Shown one piece after another: positions 1 through 10,012 of a DNA stretch of 64,000 nt. How positions within the stretch are numbered: the stretch's first letter is position 1; each line of letters starts with the position of its first letter. The stretch lies in contig NZ_QLOE01000001.1 of the NCBI RefSeq assembly GCF_003264935.1, positions 1-64,000 on the forward strand, given 5' to 3'. The notes below the pieces were generated by a model, which was not told where the DNA came from, searched no databases, and was given only the letters and a program-made list of their open reading frames with translations. The DNA comes from Methanothermobacter tenebrarum. Its GTDB lineage: Archaea > Methanobacteriota > Methanobacteria > Methanobacteriales > DSM-23052. A program made the position numbers and the translations under genes.

Positions 1-135
1 CAATGGAACACGCTCACGGGGGGGGGAGGGCTTCCTTGTAAAAGCATTAACCCAACAACTTGACGCAAAACTACAAACAAAGAACAACAAAACCATCATA
101 ACATTCAAAGAACTAAAATACAAAAAAAGAATATA
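1..135 (+). CDS. possible 3' end of a gene entering from the left edge (44 codons open from position 1, stop TAA at 133-135)
   Basis: Frame 1 is open from the window edge to 135 and reads as protein-like sequence (…LTGGEGFLVKALTQQLDAKLQ…). No start codon lies inside the window. Confidence 0.2.
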
Positions 136-537
136 AAAAGTTTAATAAAATGACAACATGGCTTGCTACAATCAATTTGTATCGCATAGAATCTGAAAAC
201 GCCCTACTCACACTCATACAATTTAACAGAACTTCGTCATGCAAAACTTAAGTATCCGCAGCCCCTTCCTCATTGTAAGAATATCCCAACTGATTATCAC
301 CAACAAAGAATTTTAAGATAGTCTATTTATCTACACATCCTTATATTAGGTTTTTTTATCCATAATTTCCACAGCAGAGGCTATAGCAGGAATCACCTAC
401 AATTCCCTTGGTATCACTCCTAATTTTTGAGGAAAAACATCACAACCCGAAATAAGATTCTCTACCAACCTTTGAGAGTTGATAGGATAATGTGTAAATC
501 TTTTCGGCTAAAAATTTGGGATTTTCAAAAATTTCCT

Positions 538-951
538 TCATGCTATTCTTTTGCTTCCTGGTTTTGGTTTGAGTGAATATATTTCTTCTATTTCTACTAG
601 CAAAGCTGCTTGTGGTTTTATCTTTTCACCGAATCTTTCTTTCACCATATTCTTGACTTCTTCGAAGTGGCTCCCTTCTTTTATTATTTTCCCAGTTCCT
701 TTTATCATATACCCATCATAGTATTTTGCAGAGCCTATAGCAACCTTCGAACCCTTTTGGATGTTTTTCATGGTTTTGCTGGCGAAGTTTACGGCGATGA
801 GTAACTTGTCACTGTCAATAACTTTAACAAAGCAGACCGGAGCCAAGTGTGGGTTCCCATCATTGACTGTTGCAATCCAGATTAGTGGTTTTTCTTTATT
901 GCAGAATTCATTATTTAACATTTCTTGGGCTTCTTCTGGTAATTTAACCAT
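538..951 (-). CDS. pyridoxamine 5'-phosphate oxidase-like FMN-binding (split-barrel) protein
   Basis: 137 aa. The sequence resembles PNPOx / flavin-reductase-like FMN-binding split-barrel proteins. Confidence 0.5.
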   Translation of the reverse strand: MVKLPEEAQEMLNNEFCNKEKPLIWIATVNDGNPHLAPVCFVKVIDSDKLLIAVNFASKTMKNIQKGSKVAIGSAKYYDGYMIKGTGKIIKEGSHFEEVKNMVKERFGEKIKPQAALLVEIEEIYSLKPKPGSKRIA

Positions 952-1028
952 GGTTTCACCCCCAAACTTTTTTGCCTTTTTAGTTATTATAAGGGTGCTC
1001 TTTTTACTTATCTCTTTCCATTGAATAT

Positions 1029-2024
1029 TTACCTCTTTAGGAATTTTTCACACAATTTTAAAGTTTCTAGCATGTCATTTTTCAATCTTGAGAATTTAAG
1101 CCCTATTATATACTTTTTGGCTTTTTTCATCTGCTTAGAAGAAGAAGCGTTTAATATTCTTGGGATTAGTATCTTTTCCAAGTTTTCTTGAAGTTTTTCC
1201 TTCTCAGTTCTTGTAGTGTAACCTATTCTTTTGAGTTCTTTATCCAATTTTTGGAAGTTTAACCGGCCCTTAAGGTAATTTATCAGTTTTTCTCGGCATT
1301 TGATAAGATCTGATATTTTCAGGATCCCAGTAGGCTCGTCCATCGGCGAAGTTATTAATCCCGCGAAGGAATAAGGGTGGGTTATATGTGATCTGAGAAG
1401 CCCTGAAAGGTCATCTTCATGGTATTCACTCATCTTTTTGAAGAATAGGGGTACATTAATGGTCCTATTCATGCCAATCCTACCAAGAGCTTCTAAAATA
1501 CCATAACCTGACATGTATTGGTCTTTAAGTTCTGTCCTGGAAATATAGGATGCTACTTTGATAAGTGAAATATTAGAATGTATTATGCCAAGGGGCTCAT
1601 AAAAGAATGCTAATAACTCTGCCCTCTGTTCCCTTGAAATATAATTTTGAGCCTCGTATGCTATTCTTTCGTAATCCATAGAATACCATTTTTTGTCATC
1701 GATTATATGGGCGATCTCATGGGCTATAACAGCCCTCTTCGATTCAAAACTATGAAATATATCAAAAGGTATCATCCTATTGGGCGTGGAAAACTCTATG
1801 ATTGTTATAATACCTGCTATGCTACGATAGACTCTAATACCTATAGGATACTTGGCGACGTGCCAAATTAGAGGATTGTATTCAAGATAGATTTCCCTTT
1901 TAAAATCGAAATCTTTTAGTACTTGATCTAATGCTTTCTCCCAGCCTTCTTTAACTTTTCTTAATATTTTTTCATCTACATTTTCAACGGCTGCAGCCGC
2001 ACGCTCAGAAATACTTAAATTCAT
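1029..2024 (-). CDS. hypothetical protein with HEXXH zinc-metallopeptidase motif
   Basis: 331 aa. A single HEIAHII motif (HExxH) sits in the first third of the protein. No other recognisable family signature. Confidence 0.35.
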   Translation of the reverse strand: MNLSISERAAAAVENVDEKILRKVKEGWEKALDQVLKDFDFKREIYLEYNPLIWHVAKYPIGIRVYRSIAGIITIIEFSTPNRMIPFDIFHSFESKRAVIAHEIAHIIDDKKWYSMDYERIAYEAQNYISREQRAELLAFFYEPLGIIHSNISLIKVASYISRTELKDQYMSGYGILEALGRIGMNRTINVPLFFKKMSEYHEDDLSGLLRSHITHPYSFAGLITSPMDEPTGILKISDLIKCREKLINYLKGRLNFQKLDKELKRIGYTTRTEKEKLQENLEKILIPRILNASSSKQMKKAKKYIIGLKFSRLKNDMLETLKLCEKFLKR

Positions 2025-2034
2025 AATATTATAG

Positions 2035-2385
2035 TTATTGATGTTGGATTAAGGCTATACGCACCCCGTTTGGGTCTTCTATAAATGCGAGAAGTCCAAC
2101 TGTTATTGGCGTTGGCTCCATAGTGATCTTAGCGCCTTTAGATTTAAGTTCTTTGATTGTGGCTTCCACGTCTTCGACTTCTATTCCTATAGAGAATAAT
2201 CCAGGTTCGTCCACTGGGTTTTTGATGAGCTCTAACATGGTTTCTCCTTCACCTTTCAGTAATGTGATCATCCCCTTAGATCCGAGATCATACTGACTAT
2301 CTATTTTAAAGCCCATCACTTCAGTGTAAAATTTAATGGATTCATCCATCTCATTCACTATTATCGTGGCATATTTAATTCTCAT
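2035..2385 (-). CDS. VOC (glyoxalase / bleomycin-resistance / dioxygenase) family protein
   Basis: 116 aa. The N-terminus [26 protein letters not shown] is typical of the glyoxalase I-like VOC fold. Confidence 0.6.
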   Translation of the reverse strand: MRIKYATIIVNEMDESIKFYTEVMGFKIDSQYDLGSKGMITLLKGEGETMLELIKNPVDEPGLFSIGIEVEDVEATIKELKSKGAKITMEPTPITVGLLAFIEDPNGVRIALIQHQ

Positions 2386-2491
2386 CCATTCAACCCCCTT
2401 ATTTCTTTTGATTAGGAAAATCGGTGAATTTACAAAATTTTAGAATATTTGGCGTGGTCATGTCTTCCGAACCAACTCTTCAAGGATTTGG

Positions 2492-3460
2492 TTAGTCTTT
2501 GTAGGCTATGAATATTAGGATAAGGGTAACGATGATGGCCATTGATATTATTGGTGTTATTGATAGTCTTTTGGGTTTTTCTTGGATTAGCGTTTCATTT
2601 CCCAAGAATTTTTTATTTGGTACATTTGGTATTTCTTCGCTGGATATTTCATGTCCTAGGAATTTTATATCATCTGGAGAGCCTGTAGCACCCTCTAATA
2701 ATCTTCCACCATCAAATGATGCCCATACTTTCACTTCCCCTTGGTTGTATTCATAAAGGGTGATGTCTCTTCTATGTAAACCATAAGGATCTGTGGCTGC
2801 GATTTTGAGGATGGCTTTTAAAGGATCGGGGTCGAATTCCTTAAAATTTCCTCGTTCACAATAATTAGGATTATTAGTCACCTTAACATACTCTCCTTTA
2901 TTTATCTTGAACATCTCGATTGTATTTGCTTCTATTCTCTTATCATAGGCTGTTAGTCCAACCTTTTCACTTGGTGATTTGATGATGAAAAATCCCCACT
3001 GGTTCTCTTTTAAAATACTATTCGCCTCTTCTAAGTCTTCTTTTCCTATTCCCTTTTTAGATACTATTTCACTTCCAAGTTTTTCCAATCTTTTGTTTAT
3101 ACTTGAATCGTCTTTTCCGCCTATCCCTATTATCCAGTCTTCTTTTGTTATGATAAGATGGGTGAAGTATCCACCATCCTCTTTATATTGATGTATTGCC
3201 TCATGACCACTAAAATTTGTCTTCTCTATTATTATATCCGCAGGATATTTGGCATCTCTCCTATATGATATAATATCATGATTATCCCCAAGATAGGCCA
3301 AGACAAGACAACAGTCACCTCCTTGGATAGGGCGCATCCCACAGGATAATGTTATACTTGAAATCACAGAAGCCAGTATAATCAAAAAGACAATCCATGA
3401 ATACTTATTTAGAAAAAACCCTAACCTTATACTCTCAGACCCCCAATATACTATTAACAT
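2492..3460 (-). CDS. hypothetical membrane-anchored protein (hydrophobic segments at both termini)
   Basis: 322 aa. An N-terminal hydrophobic segment is followed by …LSCGMR…, and a C-terminal hydrophobic segment by a YKD tail. It may be an Ntn-hydrolase-like exported protein, but the family cannot be assigned from sequence alone. Confidence 0.3.
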   Translation of the reverse strand: MLIVYWGSESIRLGFFLNKYSWIVFLIILASVISSITLSCGMRPIQGGDCCLVLAYLGDNHDIISYRRDAKYPADIIIEKTNFSGHEAIHQYKEDGGYFTHLIITKEDWIIGIGGKDDSSINKRLEKLGSEIVSKKGIGKEDLEEANSILKENQWGFFIIKSPSEKVGLTAYDKRIEANTIEMFKINKGEYVKVTNNPNYCERGNFKEFDPDPLKAILKIAATDPYGLHRRDITLYEYNQGEVKVWASFDGGRLLEGATGSPDDIKFLGHEISSEEIPNVPNKKFLGNETLIQEKPKRLSITPIISMAIIVTLILIFIAYKD

Positions 3461-3506
3461 ATTTTAGTAGATAATAATAATTAATATAGATTGGGAGGTT
3501 AAGACC

Positions 3507-4421
3507 TTGAAATATAAGATTGTTTTGATCGTGGCTATAATTGCCATACTAGCAGGGGGGCTAGTATTTTACATGCCATTCAAAGAAAAAAAAGAAGGAG
3601 AAATAAAAGTCCTTAACGTGTCTGCAGCTGCCAGAGAGTTTAATGCAGAAAATGCCTTGACATTTAGCAGAGAAATATGTAAATTGGGGCCAAGATACGG
3701 TGGCAACAATGCTGAGTTAAAAGCTGCGGATCTTATGGAGAAAAAACTCGAGGAAAATGGTATAGAAGCCTATAAAGAAAAAGTGGACATTGGCGGGGGC
3801 AAGTACACATACAACGTTATTGGAGTCATCAACGGCACCAACCCAAACAAATACATTATCATAGGCTCGCATATAGACTCCCCAGGATTTTGCGAAGGAG
3901 CCACAGATGACGCAGCCGCACTGGGAATACAAGCCGAGATCGCGAGGATACTATCCTCTAAAAACTTCAAACCCGAGAAAACCATCCTAATCATAGGATT
4001 TGGCGGTGAAGAGCTCTGGTTTAAAGGCTCCGAAGATTTCGTGAAAAAACACCCAGAAATAGTCCGAAACTGTGAAGCAATGATAGACCTAAACTGTGTA
4101 GGTGCCGGTGAAAACATATTCCTAACACAATACAGTTACCAGCCAAGACCAGTTGAAGGAGACCCTAAACTGATCAACTTCACAATGGAATGCGCCCAAG
4201 AACTAGGCCATCCAGCCACTGCTGGAGAAACAACATACCCCAGTGACACCTACCCATTCTACCACAATAACATCAAAAAAGTGCCAGTCTGCCAAGTAAT
4301 GAGCCAGCCATTCGAAGTACCACCCTGGAGTTCCGAGAACACAGCAGACAAACTCGACAAAGAAGACATCAAAAAAATAGGCGAAACAATAACATTAGTC
4401 CTCTTAAAACTAGCAGGATAA
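3507..4421 (+). CDS. M28 family zinc aminopeptidase, membrane-anchored
   Basis: 304 aa. N-terminal TM helix. GSHIDSPGFCEGATDDAAALG and later EE/H motifs match M28 metal-binding residues. Confidence 0.6.
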   Translation: MKYKIVLIVAIIAILAGGLVFYMPFKEKKEGEIKVLNVSAAAREFNAENALTFSREICKLGPRYGGNNAELKAADLMEKKLEENGIEAYKEKVDIGGGKYTYNVIGVINGTNPNKYIIIGSHIDSPGFCEGATDDAAALGIQAEIARILSSKNFKPEKTILIIGFGGEELWFKGSEDFVKKHPEIVRNCEAMIDLNCVGAGENIFLTQYSYQPRPVEGDPKLINFTMECAQELGHPATAGETTYPSDTYPFYHNNIKKVPVCQVMSQPFEVPPWSSENTADKLDKEDIKKIGETITLVLLKLAG

Positions 4422-4524
4422 TAATCCTTCAATGTCAATTTAACATAAAAATTAGCCTTAATTGAGAAAATATAATACAAAGAACATAAATTCCTACAAA
4501 ATGGAATATAGGGAGTGAAATCCA

Positions 4525-5307
4525 ATGAACCCATTATTATTAATACTTGCTGCTATAATATTACTTGTGATAGCGTCCCTCTCTATAAGGATTGTCAAAC
4601 AATATGAAAGGGGTGTTGTTTTCAGACTAGGGAGAATTATAGGCGTCAGAGAACCTGGCTTACGTCTTATAATCCCATTTATTGATCGGATGGTTAAAGT
4701 TTCCCTTAGAATAGTGACAATGCCCATACCATCGCAGAAAATAATAACCCAAGACAATGTATCTATTGACGTTGCAGCAGTAGCATACTTTAAGGTCGTG
4801 GACCCCCTAAAGGCTGTTGTGGCCATAGAAGACTACTATGGGGCGGTGAACCAAATATCCCAGACAACAGTAAGAAACGTGATAGGACAATTCGCCCTTG
4901 ATGAAGTGCTCTCAGAAACTGCTAAGATCAACGAGAAGATCAAGGAGATCATTGACAGCCACAGTGAACCATGGGGTATAAATGTTACCACAGTAGAGAT
5001 AAAAGACATTAAATTACCAGAAGGCATGCAAAGGGCCATGGCCAAACAAGCCGAGGCTGAAAGAGAGAAGAGAGCTAAGATTATCACAGCAGAGGGTGAA
5101 TACCTCTCAGCTTCAAAACTTGGCGAGGCTGCTGATGTTATAGCGCAACATCCTATAGCATTACAACTTAGAAACTTGCAAGTGCTCAGTGAAATAGCCA
5201 CAGAGAAAAATTCCACTATAATATTCCCAGCCCAATTCATGTCAAGTATAAATGATATAAAAAAGTTCATAGAAAAAGAGATGGAATCCCTAAAAGGGCT
5301 ACGCTGA
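4525..5307 (+). CDS. SPFH / band-7 (stomatin-prohibitin) family membrane protein
   Basis: 260 aa. N-terminal TM helix followed by an SPFH core ([16 protein letters not shown]…) and a coiled-coil, Ala/Glu-rich C-terminus. Confidence 0.7.
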   Translation: MNPLLLILAAIILLVIASLSIRIVKQYERGVVFRLGRIIGVREPGLRLIIPFIDRMVKVSLRIVTMPIPSQKIITQDNVSIDVAAVAYFKVVDPLKAVVAIEDYYGAVNQISQTTVRNVIGQFALDEVLSETAKINEKIKEIIDSHSEPWGINVTTVEIKDIKLPEGMQRAMAKQAEAEREKRAKIITAEGEYLSASKLGEAADVIAQHPIALQLRNLQVLSEIATEKNSTIIFPAQFMSSINDIKKFIEKEMESLKGLR

Positions 5308-6714
5308 TTTAGATGCGATAACATCCCTAAATGGGAGATTTGGCTTAATATAAGTCCTATAGAATGTTTCAAGGAATACTTTTATCATGTGAGTGTGTTT
5401 CAGCAAGTATGATGGTCTTGAATAAAATTTGAAGTATGCTTTTACAAGTTTTCTTTTCACGAGTTCTTTGCTTAAGCCCAATTTTTCATATTTTATCACT
5501 GGATGGATCACAGTATACTTGTCCCAGTCTTCCTCAAGCAGACCATCCTTTTTCAGTTTATAGTATATAGGTGTTCCAGGAAATGGTGTTAAAATAGAAT
5601 ACTGGCTATAATCTGGGTCCAGTTTAATTGAGAAATCTATTGTCTTATCCATTTCCTCTGGCGTCTCACCAGGATAACCTAATATGAATGATGCTATAAC
5701 ATCCACCCCAACACTTTTAGCGGCTTTAACAGCATCCTTTGCCTGTTGGAGTGTTATACCCTTTTTCATAAGATCCAATATCCTCTGCGATCCTGATTCG
5801 ACACCATAGTAGATTGTGCTCATACCAGCAGATTTGAGCTTTTCTAAAATTGACCTTTTCACCATATCGACCCTTGATGATGTCACGAAACTAACATCTA
5901 TGCCCCTTGCTTTGATTTCATCTGCTATGGCCTGGGCTCTTCTACGATGTAACATGAATGTATCATCAAGGAATGCTATGTCATGGAGGCCATAATTGTA
6001 TACGAGTTCTTCGATTTCGTCCACCACATTTTCAGGGCTCCTGAAACGGAATTTTTTTCCCATGATAAGGGAAGATGAGCAGTATTCACAAGAGTATACG
6101 CAGCCTCTGCTTGTTATCATCCCCCCAGCTTCTTCATTTGAAGTTTCATATTCGTGGAATGGTATGAGATGTCTTGCAGGGAATGGGAGCTTATCAAGGT
6201 CCTTTATAAGTGGACGTGGCCTGTTAATCTTTAACCTGGACCCTGTACGGTATGCGATCCCCCTAACTTCCTCCAGTCCTTTCTTGTCCTTCCTTTCATA
6301 CTTTTCGGCGAGTTCTGTGATGGTTTCTTCTCCTTCACCTATCACAACTACGTCGAGTTCCCTTAGACTTTTTAAGGTGTCTAATGGTAAAAATGTTGGA
6401 TGGGGTCCTCCTATAACTGTGAGAACATCCGGTAGTAAACTTTTTATGGCTTTGATGTATTCGAGACTGCTTTTGATTGTTGCTGTGGTTGCTGTGACAC
6501 CCACAATGAGGGGGTTGAGTTTTTCTATTATCTTAGCTATTTTTTCATACCCCCACCTTTTGAGATCATCATCTATTATTTTGACAGAAAATGATGCCTT
6601 CTCTAATGATGCTGCAAGATACATTAGGTTTAATGGTGGTAGACTTAATCCTAGTTTGTTTTTAACTGCGGTTTTATCTTGGGGGTTTAAGAGGACCACG
6701 CCCACATTTAACAC
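5299..6714 (-). CDS. B12-binding-domain radical SAM protein
   Basis: 471 aa. N-terminal cobalamin-binding-like Rossmann region, then CVYSCEYC (CxxxCxxC radical-SAM cluster motif). Confidence 0.7.
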   Translation of the reverse strand: MLNVGVVLLNPQDKTAVKNKLGLSLPPLNLMYLAASLEKASFSVKIIDDDLKRWGYEKIAKIIEKLNPLIVGVTATTATIKSSLEYIKAIKSLLPDVLTVIGGPHPTFLPLDTLKSLRELDVVVIGEGEETITELAEKYERKDKKGLEEVRGIAYRTGSRLKINRPRPLIKDLDKLPFPARHLIPFHEYETSNEEAGGMITSRGCVYSCEYCSSSLIMGKKFRFRSPENVVDEIEELVYNYGLHDIAFLDDTFMLHRRRAQAIADEIKARGIDVSFVTSSRVDMVKRSILEKLKSAGMSTIYYGVESGSQRILDLMKKGITLQQAKDAVKAAKSVGVDVIASFILGYPGETPEEMDKTIDFSIKLDPDYSQYSILTPFPGTPIYYKLKKDGLLEEDWDKYTVIHPVIKYEKLGLSKELVKRKLVKAYFKFYSRPSYLLKHTHMIKVFLETFYRTYIKPNLPFRDVIASKSA

Positions 6715-6722
6715 TCTCCCAT

Positions 6723-8189
6723 TTATTTTGCAAGTGCGCTTTCCTTTACTTTATTCCATAAGTTTTTGTTGTTTATGCATCCAGGGTCTGGGGCGCATAG
6801 GTCCTTGAAGTATCCATATGCCCTTGCCCTGCACCCTCCACAAATATTCCTCGATTTGCAAGTGTGACAAGTGCCATGGAGCTGTTCTCTATCCCTAAGA
6901 ATTTCTAGTATGCTATTATTTTTCCAAAGTTTTTCGAAATCTTCTTCTAAGATGTTACCTATTCTAAGTTCGTCTTTGTGTGGGAAGAATACACAAGGAT
7001 ATATGTCCCCGTTGGGTTCCATGCTTAGGTAGAATCTCCCAGCTCCGCAGCCACCTATAAAATCTGCTAACTGTCTCAAGTCAGGGTTTGTATACTCTGG
7101 ATTGTAGAAATGCGTGGGTATAATCTGATTATCGCAAGTGTTAAGCTCTTCGGCCACCCTTGCAAATTGTGGTGCTGTGGAAAGCACTTGTATATCACCG
7201 TTGAAATTGCCATAATATGCATCACGCAATATCCTATACCTTCTACTAGGTGATATGTCAAGGGTTATATTTTCCATTCCTCTACCTGTAGGTATGAAGT
7301 TGAATAGCATGAGCCAATCAGCGCCAAGTTTGCTTGCTAATTCTATCATACCATGGATTTGATGATAATTTTCGGCTGTTATTGTCATCGCCACTTCAAC
7401 GAAAACATCATGGACTGAGAAATTCTCAACAGCCTTGCAGGCCCGCTCCCATGAGCCTTTAACGCCGCGAAAAGTGTCATGGACATTTGGATTTAAATTA
7501 TCAATACTGATCTGGACAAATTGCAAGCCTGCATCCACGAATTTTTGGCAACGACATTCATCAGCTAATATGTAACCGTTGGTTGCCATTGCAACGTATA
7601 GGCCCCTTTCCCTTGCATGTGATATGTACTCGAGTATATTTGGGTGGATGCTTGGTTCCCCGCCAGAAAATGCGAGTGATGTGACACCATTATCTGCTAG
7701 GATGTCTATGGCCTCTATCACCTCATTTTTGTCTAGTTCATTTTTTTGTGGGGTGCCTGCGGTTTCATAGCAGTGTTTGCAGTTCATGTTACAGCGGTGT
7801 GTGATGTTCCAGACAACCTGGAATGGCGCCCCTGGCACGAATGGTTTTCTAACCCCGAAGATGCCTATACCCTTAAGGACATTTATCAGACCTTTTAACC
7901 AGTATTGGTCTTTCATTTGTTCTTTTAGTTCTTCTTCTGTTACTCCGAATGCTTTTGCTCCGCTTTTTATTATATGTGAGAGGAAGTATGATAGGATTTT
8001 GCATTCCATACAACAATCTCTACCATTTATATAATTGTCTAGGGCGGCTTCTAGGCGTGTTTTATTATCCTTTCTGCATTTGTGGAGCATAAGGTTTATT
8101 AGGAGTCTTGATAAGGGATTTTCGGCTATTCTTTTGAATGTGTTGATCATGTCTCCCATGTTGGTTTCATCCTCACCTCTACTTGGCAT
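6723..8189 (-). CDS. radical SAM protein with C-terminal SPASM domain and about 110-aa N-terminal extension
   Basis: 488 aa. [11 protein letters not shown] (CxxxCxxC), C-terminal [13 protein letters not shown] plus further Cys (SPASM-like auxiliary cluster motifs), and extra Cys pairs in the N-terminal extension (HKCRKD … DCCMEC). Confidence 0.65.
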   Translation of the reverse strand: MPSRGEDETNMGDMINTFKRIAENPLSRLLINLMLHKCRKDNKTRLEAALDNYINGRDCCMECKILSYFLSHIIKSGAKAFGVTEEELKEQMKDQYWLKGLINVLKGIGIFGVRKPFVPGAPFQVVWNITHRCNMNCKHCYETAGTPQKNELDKNEVIEAIDILADNGVTSLAFSGGEPSIHPNILEYISHARERGLYVAMATNGYILADECRCQKFVDAGLQFVQISIDNLNPNVHDTFRGVKGSWERACKAVENFSVHDVFVEVAMTITAENYHQIHGMIELASKLGADWLMLFNFIPTGRGMENITLDISPSRRYRILRDAYYGNFNGDIQVLSTAPQFARVAEELNTCDNQIIPTHFYNPEYTNPDLRQLADFIGGCGAGRFYLSMEPNGDIYPCVFFPHKDELRIGNILEEDFEKLWKNNSILEILRDREQLHGTCHTCKSRNICGGCRARAYGYFKDLCAPDPGCINNKNLWNKVKESALAK

Positions 8190-8777
8190 TTTGATGCCCC
8201 CCTTTTATCCCGTTTAGGAGGATGTTGATGAAGTTTTTGATGTATTTCTCTTCTTGTATTTCACATTCTTTGAAGTGTGATAATAGGTTTAGATGTGAGA
8301 GGTAGCTTATGAAGATGAGTGCTGCTGTTTCTGGGCTGATCTTTCGGATGTTGCCCTTTTTAATCTGTTCTTTGAAATAATTGGTTAGGTATATAGTGTC
8401 TTGTTGATCGAGTCTAGTAGTTCCCATTCTTCTAGGCCGTGTTCTTCTAGTTCTTTTTCCACGAGTATTATGAATATTAGGTCTATTTTTTTCTCAACGA
8501 CCAGTTTGAAGAATTCTTCTGCTAGTTTATATAAGAATTCTTTGGGTTTGTCTCTGAGCTCTGATTCTGAGAGTTTTTTGAATATCTCGGATGTTAAGAT
8601 GGCGTTTTCGTTTAGTATTTCCTTGAGTAGGCTGCTTTTTGATTTGAACTTCCTGAATAATGTGACTTCACTTACACCCGCCTTTTGGGCGATTTTGCGT
8701 GTTGTAGCACCTTTATATCCTTTCTTTATGAAGGTTTCCCTTGCGGCTTCGAGTATTTTTTCTCGTGTAGTTTTCAT
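8179..8777 (-). pseudogene. TetR/AcrR family transcriptional regulator split by a frameshift (ORFs 8385..8777 and 8179..8427 overlap in different frames)
   Basis: The N-terminal ORF carries the TetR HTH (TTRKIAQKAGVSEVTLFRKF). The overlapping second ORF (…YLTNYFKEQIKKGNIRKISPETAALIFISYL…) looks like a TetR C-terminal ligand-binding domain. Their combined length of about 200 aa matches a normal TetR. Confidence 0.45.
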
Positions 8778-8884
8778 GATACCACAAAGAAGGATGTAGG
8801 TACTTACTTACATTATATTCAAGTCCCCCACATATAAAGATTACCCCCCCACAAGGGGTGTGATCCAAAAAAAGATAGGTTAAA

Positions 8885-9430
8885 TTATTTCACTTGGCTG
8901 ATAGAGAATAAAGGTTCTAGAATGAAACCTTCTCTTTGAAGGTTTTCTTGCGCCCCTTCCTCACGATCTACTATCACGAACACCCTCTTAACTCGGCCAC
9001 CATTCTTTTCTATTACTTTGATGGCCCTTAGGAGAGAGTTTCCTGTTGTTGTAACATCCTCAACTATCGCCACTTGGTCGCCCTCTTTTATACTGCCCTC
9101 GATCAATTTTGATGTTCCATATTCCTTCTTTTCTTTTCTTATTATGACAAGTGGCTTTTTGGTTTTGAGTGATACTGCTGTGGCGATAGGCACAGCCCCC
9201 AAGGCTGGTCCGGCTATCTTATCAATTTTTGCACCTGTTATCTCTATTTTTATCAGTTCCGCTATCAGATCTAGGATTTGCGGGTCTGTTATAGCATTTT
9301 TAATATCTACGTAATAGTTGCTTTTTTTCCCGGAGGAGAGAATGAAAGAACCGGTTTTTATAACTTTTTTTCCCCGCAGTAGCTCTAAAAGGCGCCTTTT
9401 GATTTTCTTCTTCTCAGTTTCCCCGCGCAT
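8885..9430 (-). CDS. pyrE: orotate phosphoribosyltransferase
   Basis: 181 aa. PRPP-binding motif VAIVEDVTTTGNS. The size and sequence are typical of archaeal OPRTase. Confidence 0.7.
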   Translation of the reverse strand: MRGETEKKKIKRRLLELLRGKKVIKTGSFILSSGKKSNYYVDIKNAITDPQILDLIAELIKIEITGAKIDKIAGPALGAVPIATAVSLKTKKPLVIIRKEKKEYGTSKLIEGSIKEGDQVAIVEDVTTTGNSLLRAIKVIEKNGGRVKRVFVIVDREEGAQENLQREGFILEPLFSISQVK

Positions 9431-9586
9431 ATCCTACAAACTCCCAATTCTGGAACATAGCAATCTGAGCATACGAGGGCTCCGCATAGACGACAAGTAT
9501 GTAAAAATGCCACCCTACCGCAGAGGCTGCACACACCCCTAACTTCCAATTCTAACACCCAAAAATAATAAGAGGCCCAAGGAGGG

Positions 9587-9829
9587 TCATTCTATCGGCC
9601 CTTCGAGGAGTATCTTATCCCCTATCCTTTTAACCATATCATAGGGTACTATTGTTTCCCCTTTAGATAATCCAAGGCCCTCTGATAGTCCTCCCTTACC
9701 TAGTACGAGTGCTTCTATGGTTCTTGTTTCCAAGTCTACTTCGATATCCTTTACCTTCCCTATTACATTAGCTGAACTGTCAAGAACCTCTTTACCTATA
9801 ATATCTTCAACAACTCTCATTTTATTCAC
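9587..9829 (-). CDS. PRC-barrel domain protein
   Basis: 80 aa. The sequence resembles small archaeal PRC-barrel proteins (…VIGKVKDIEVDLETRTIEALVLGKGG…). Confidence 0.45.
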   Translation of the reverse strand: MNKMRVVEDIIGKEVLDSSANVIGKVKDIEVDLETRTIEALVLGKGGLSEGLGLSKGETIVPYDMVKRIGDKILLEGPIE

Positions 9830-9899
9830 CCCATATTTCTTATATTATTGGTGATTATTTATAATTTTGGAAAGGATTTGATACCCACACCGGGGGCAA

Positions 9900-10010
9900 T
9901 TAGTTTCTGTTCCAGTTTATTAGACCATAGGCTATACATACTATTGTTATTAGTATGCAGGATATGTAGGCGCTCCAAACCCATGGATCAGGTATGCCGA
10001 GGAATTCCAT
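9900..10010 (-). CDS. candidate 36-aa small membrane protein translationally coupled to the upstream symporter gene
   Basis: Below the six-frame track's size cut-off. ATG lies 2 nt after the symporter TGA (…TGATCATGG…). Predicted peptide: MEFLGIPDPWVWSAYISCILITIVCIAYGLINWNRN, with one hydrophobic helix. Confidence 0.3.
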   Translation of the reverse strand: MEFLGIPDPWVWSAYISCILITIVCIAYGLINWNRN

Positions 10011-10012
10011 GA

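Noticed and set aside
2492-3460. C-terminal hydrophobic segment + YKD tail as a sortase sorting signal
   Set aside because: No LPXTG/LAXTG-like motif precedes the hydrophobic segment (…KRLSITPIISM…). So it cannot be called a sortase substrate from sequence.
5996-6808. Long antisense ORFs in the six-frame track (for example 5996..6808, 32288..32998, 43765..44739, 56044..56670, 14277..14495, 20338..20736)
   Set aside because: Each is fully embedded opposite a well-supported gene with clear family motifs. They have low-complexity, Ser/Leu/Arg-rich translations typical of shadow ORFs, and none has an independent RBS or start context.
9431-9586. Possible tRNA or small RNA in the pyrE upstream spacer
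   Set aside because: No tRNA-like T-arm (GTTCRANYC) or cloverleaf-compatible pairing is present. Only a short hairpin (gcagcctctgc), which is more likely promoter or 5'-UTR structure.
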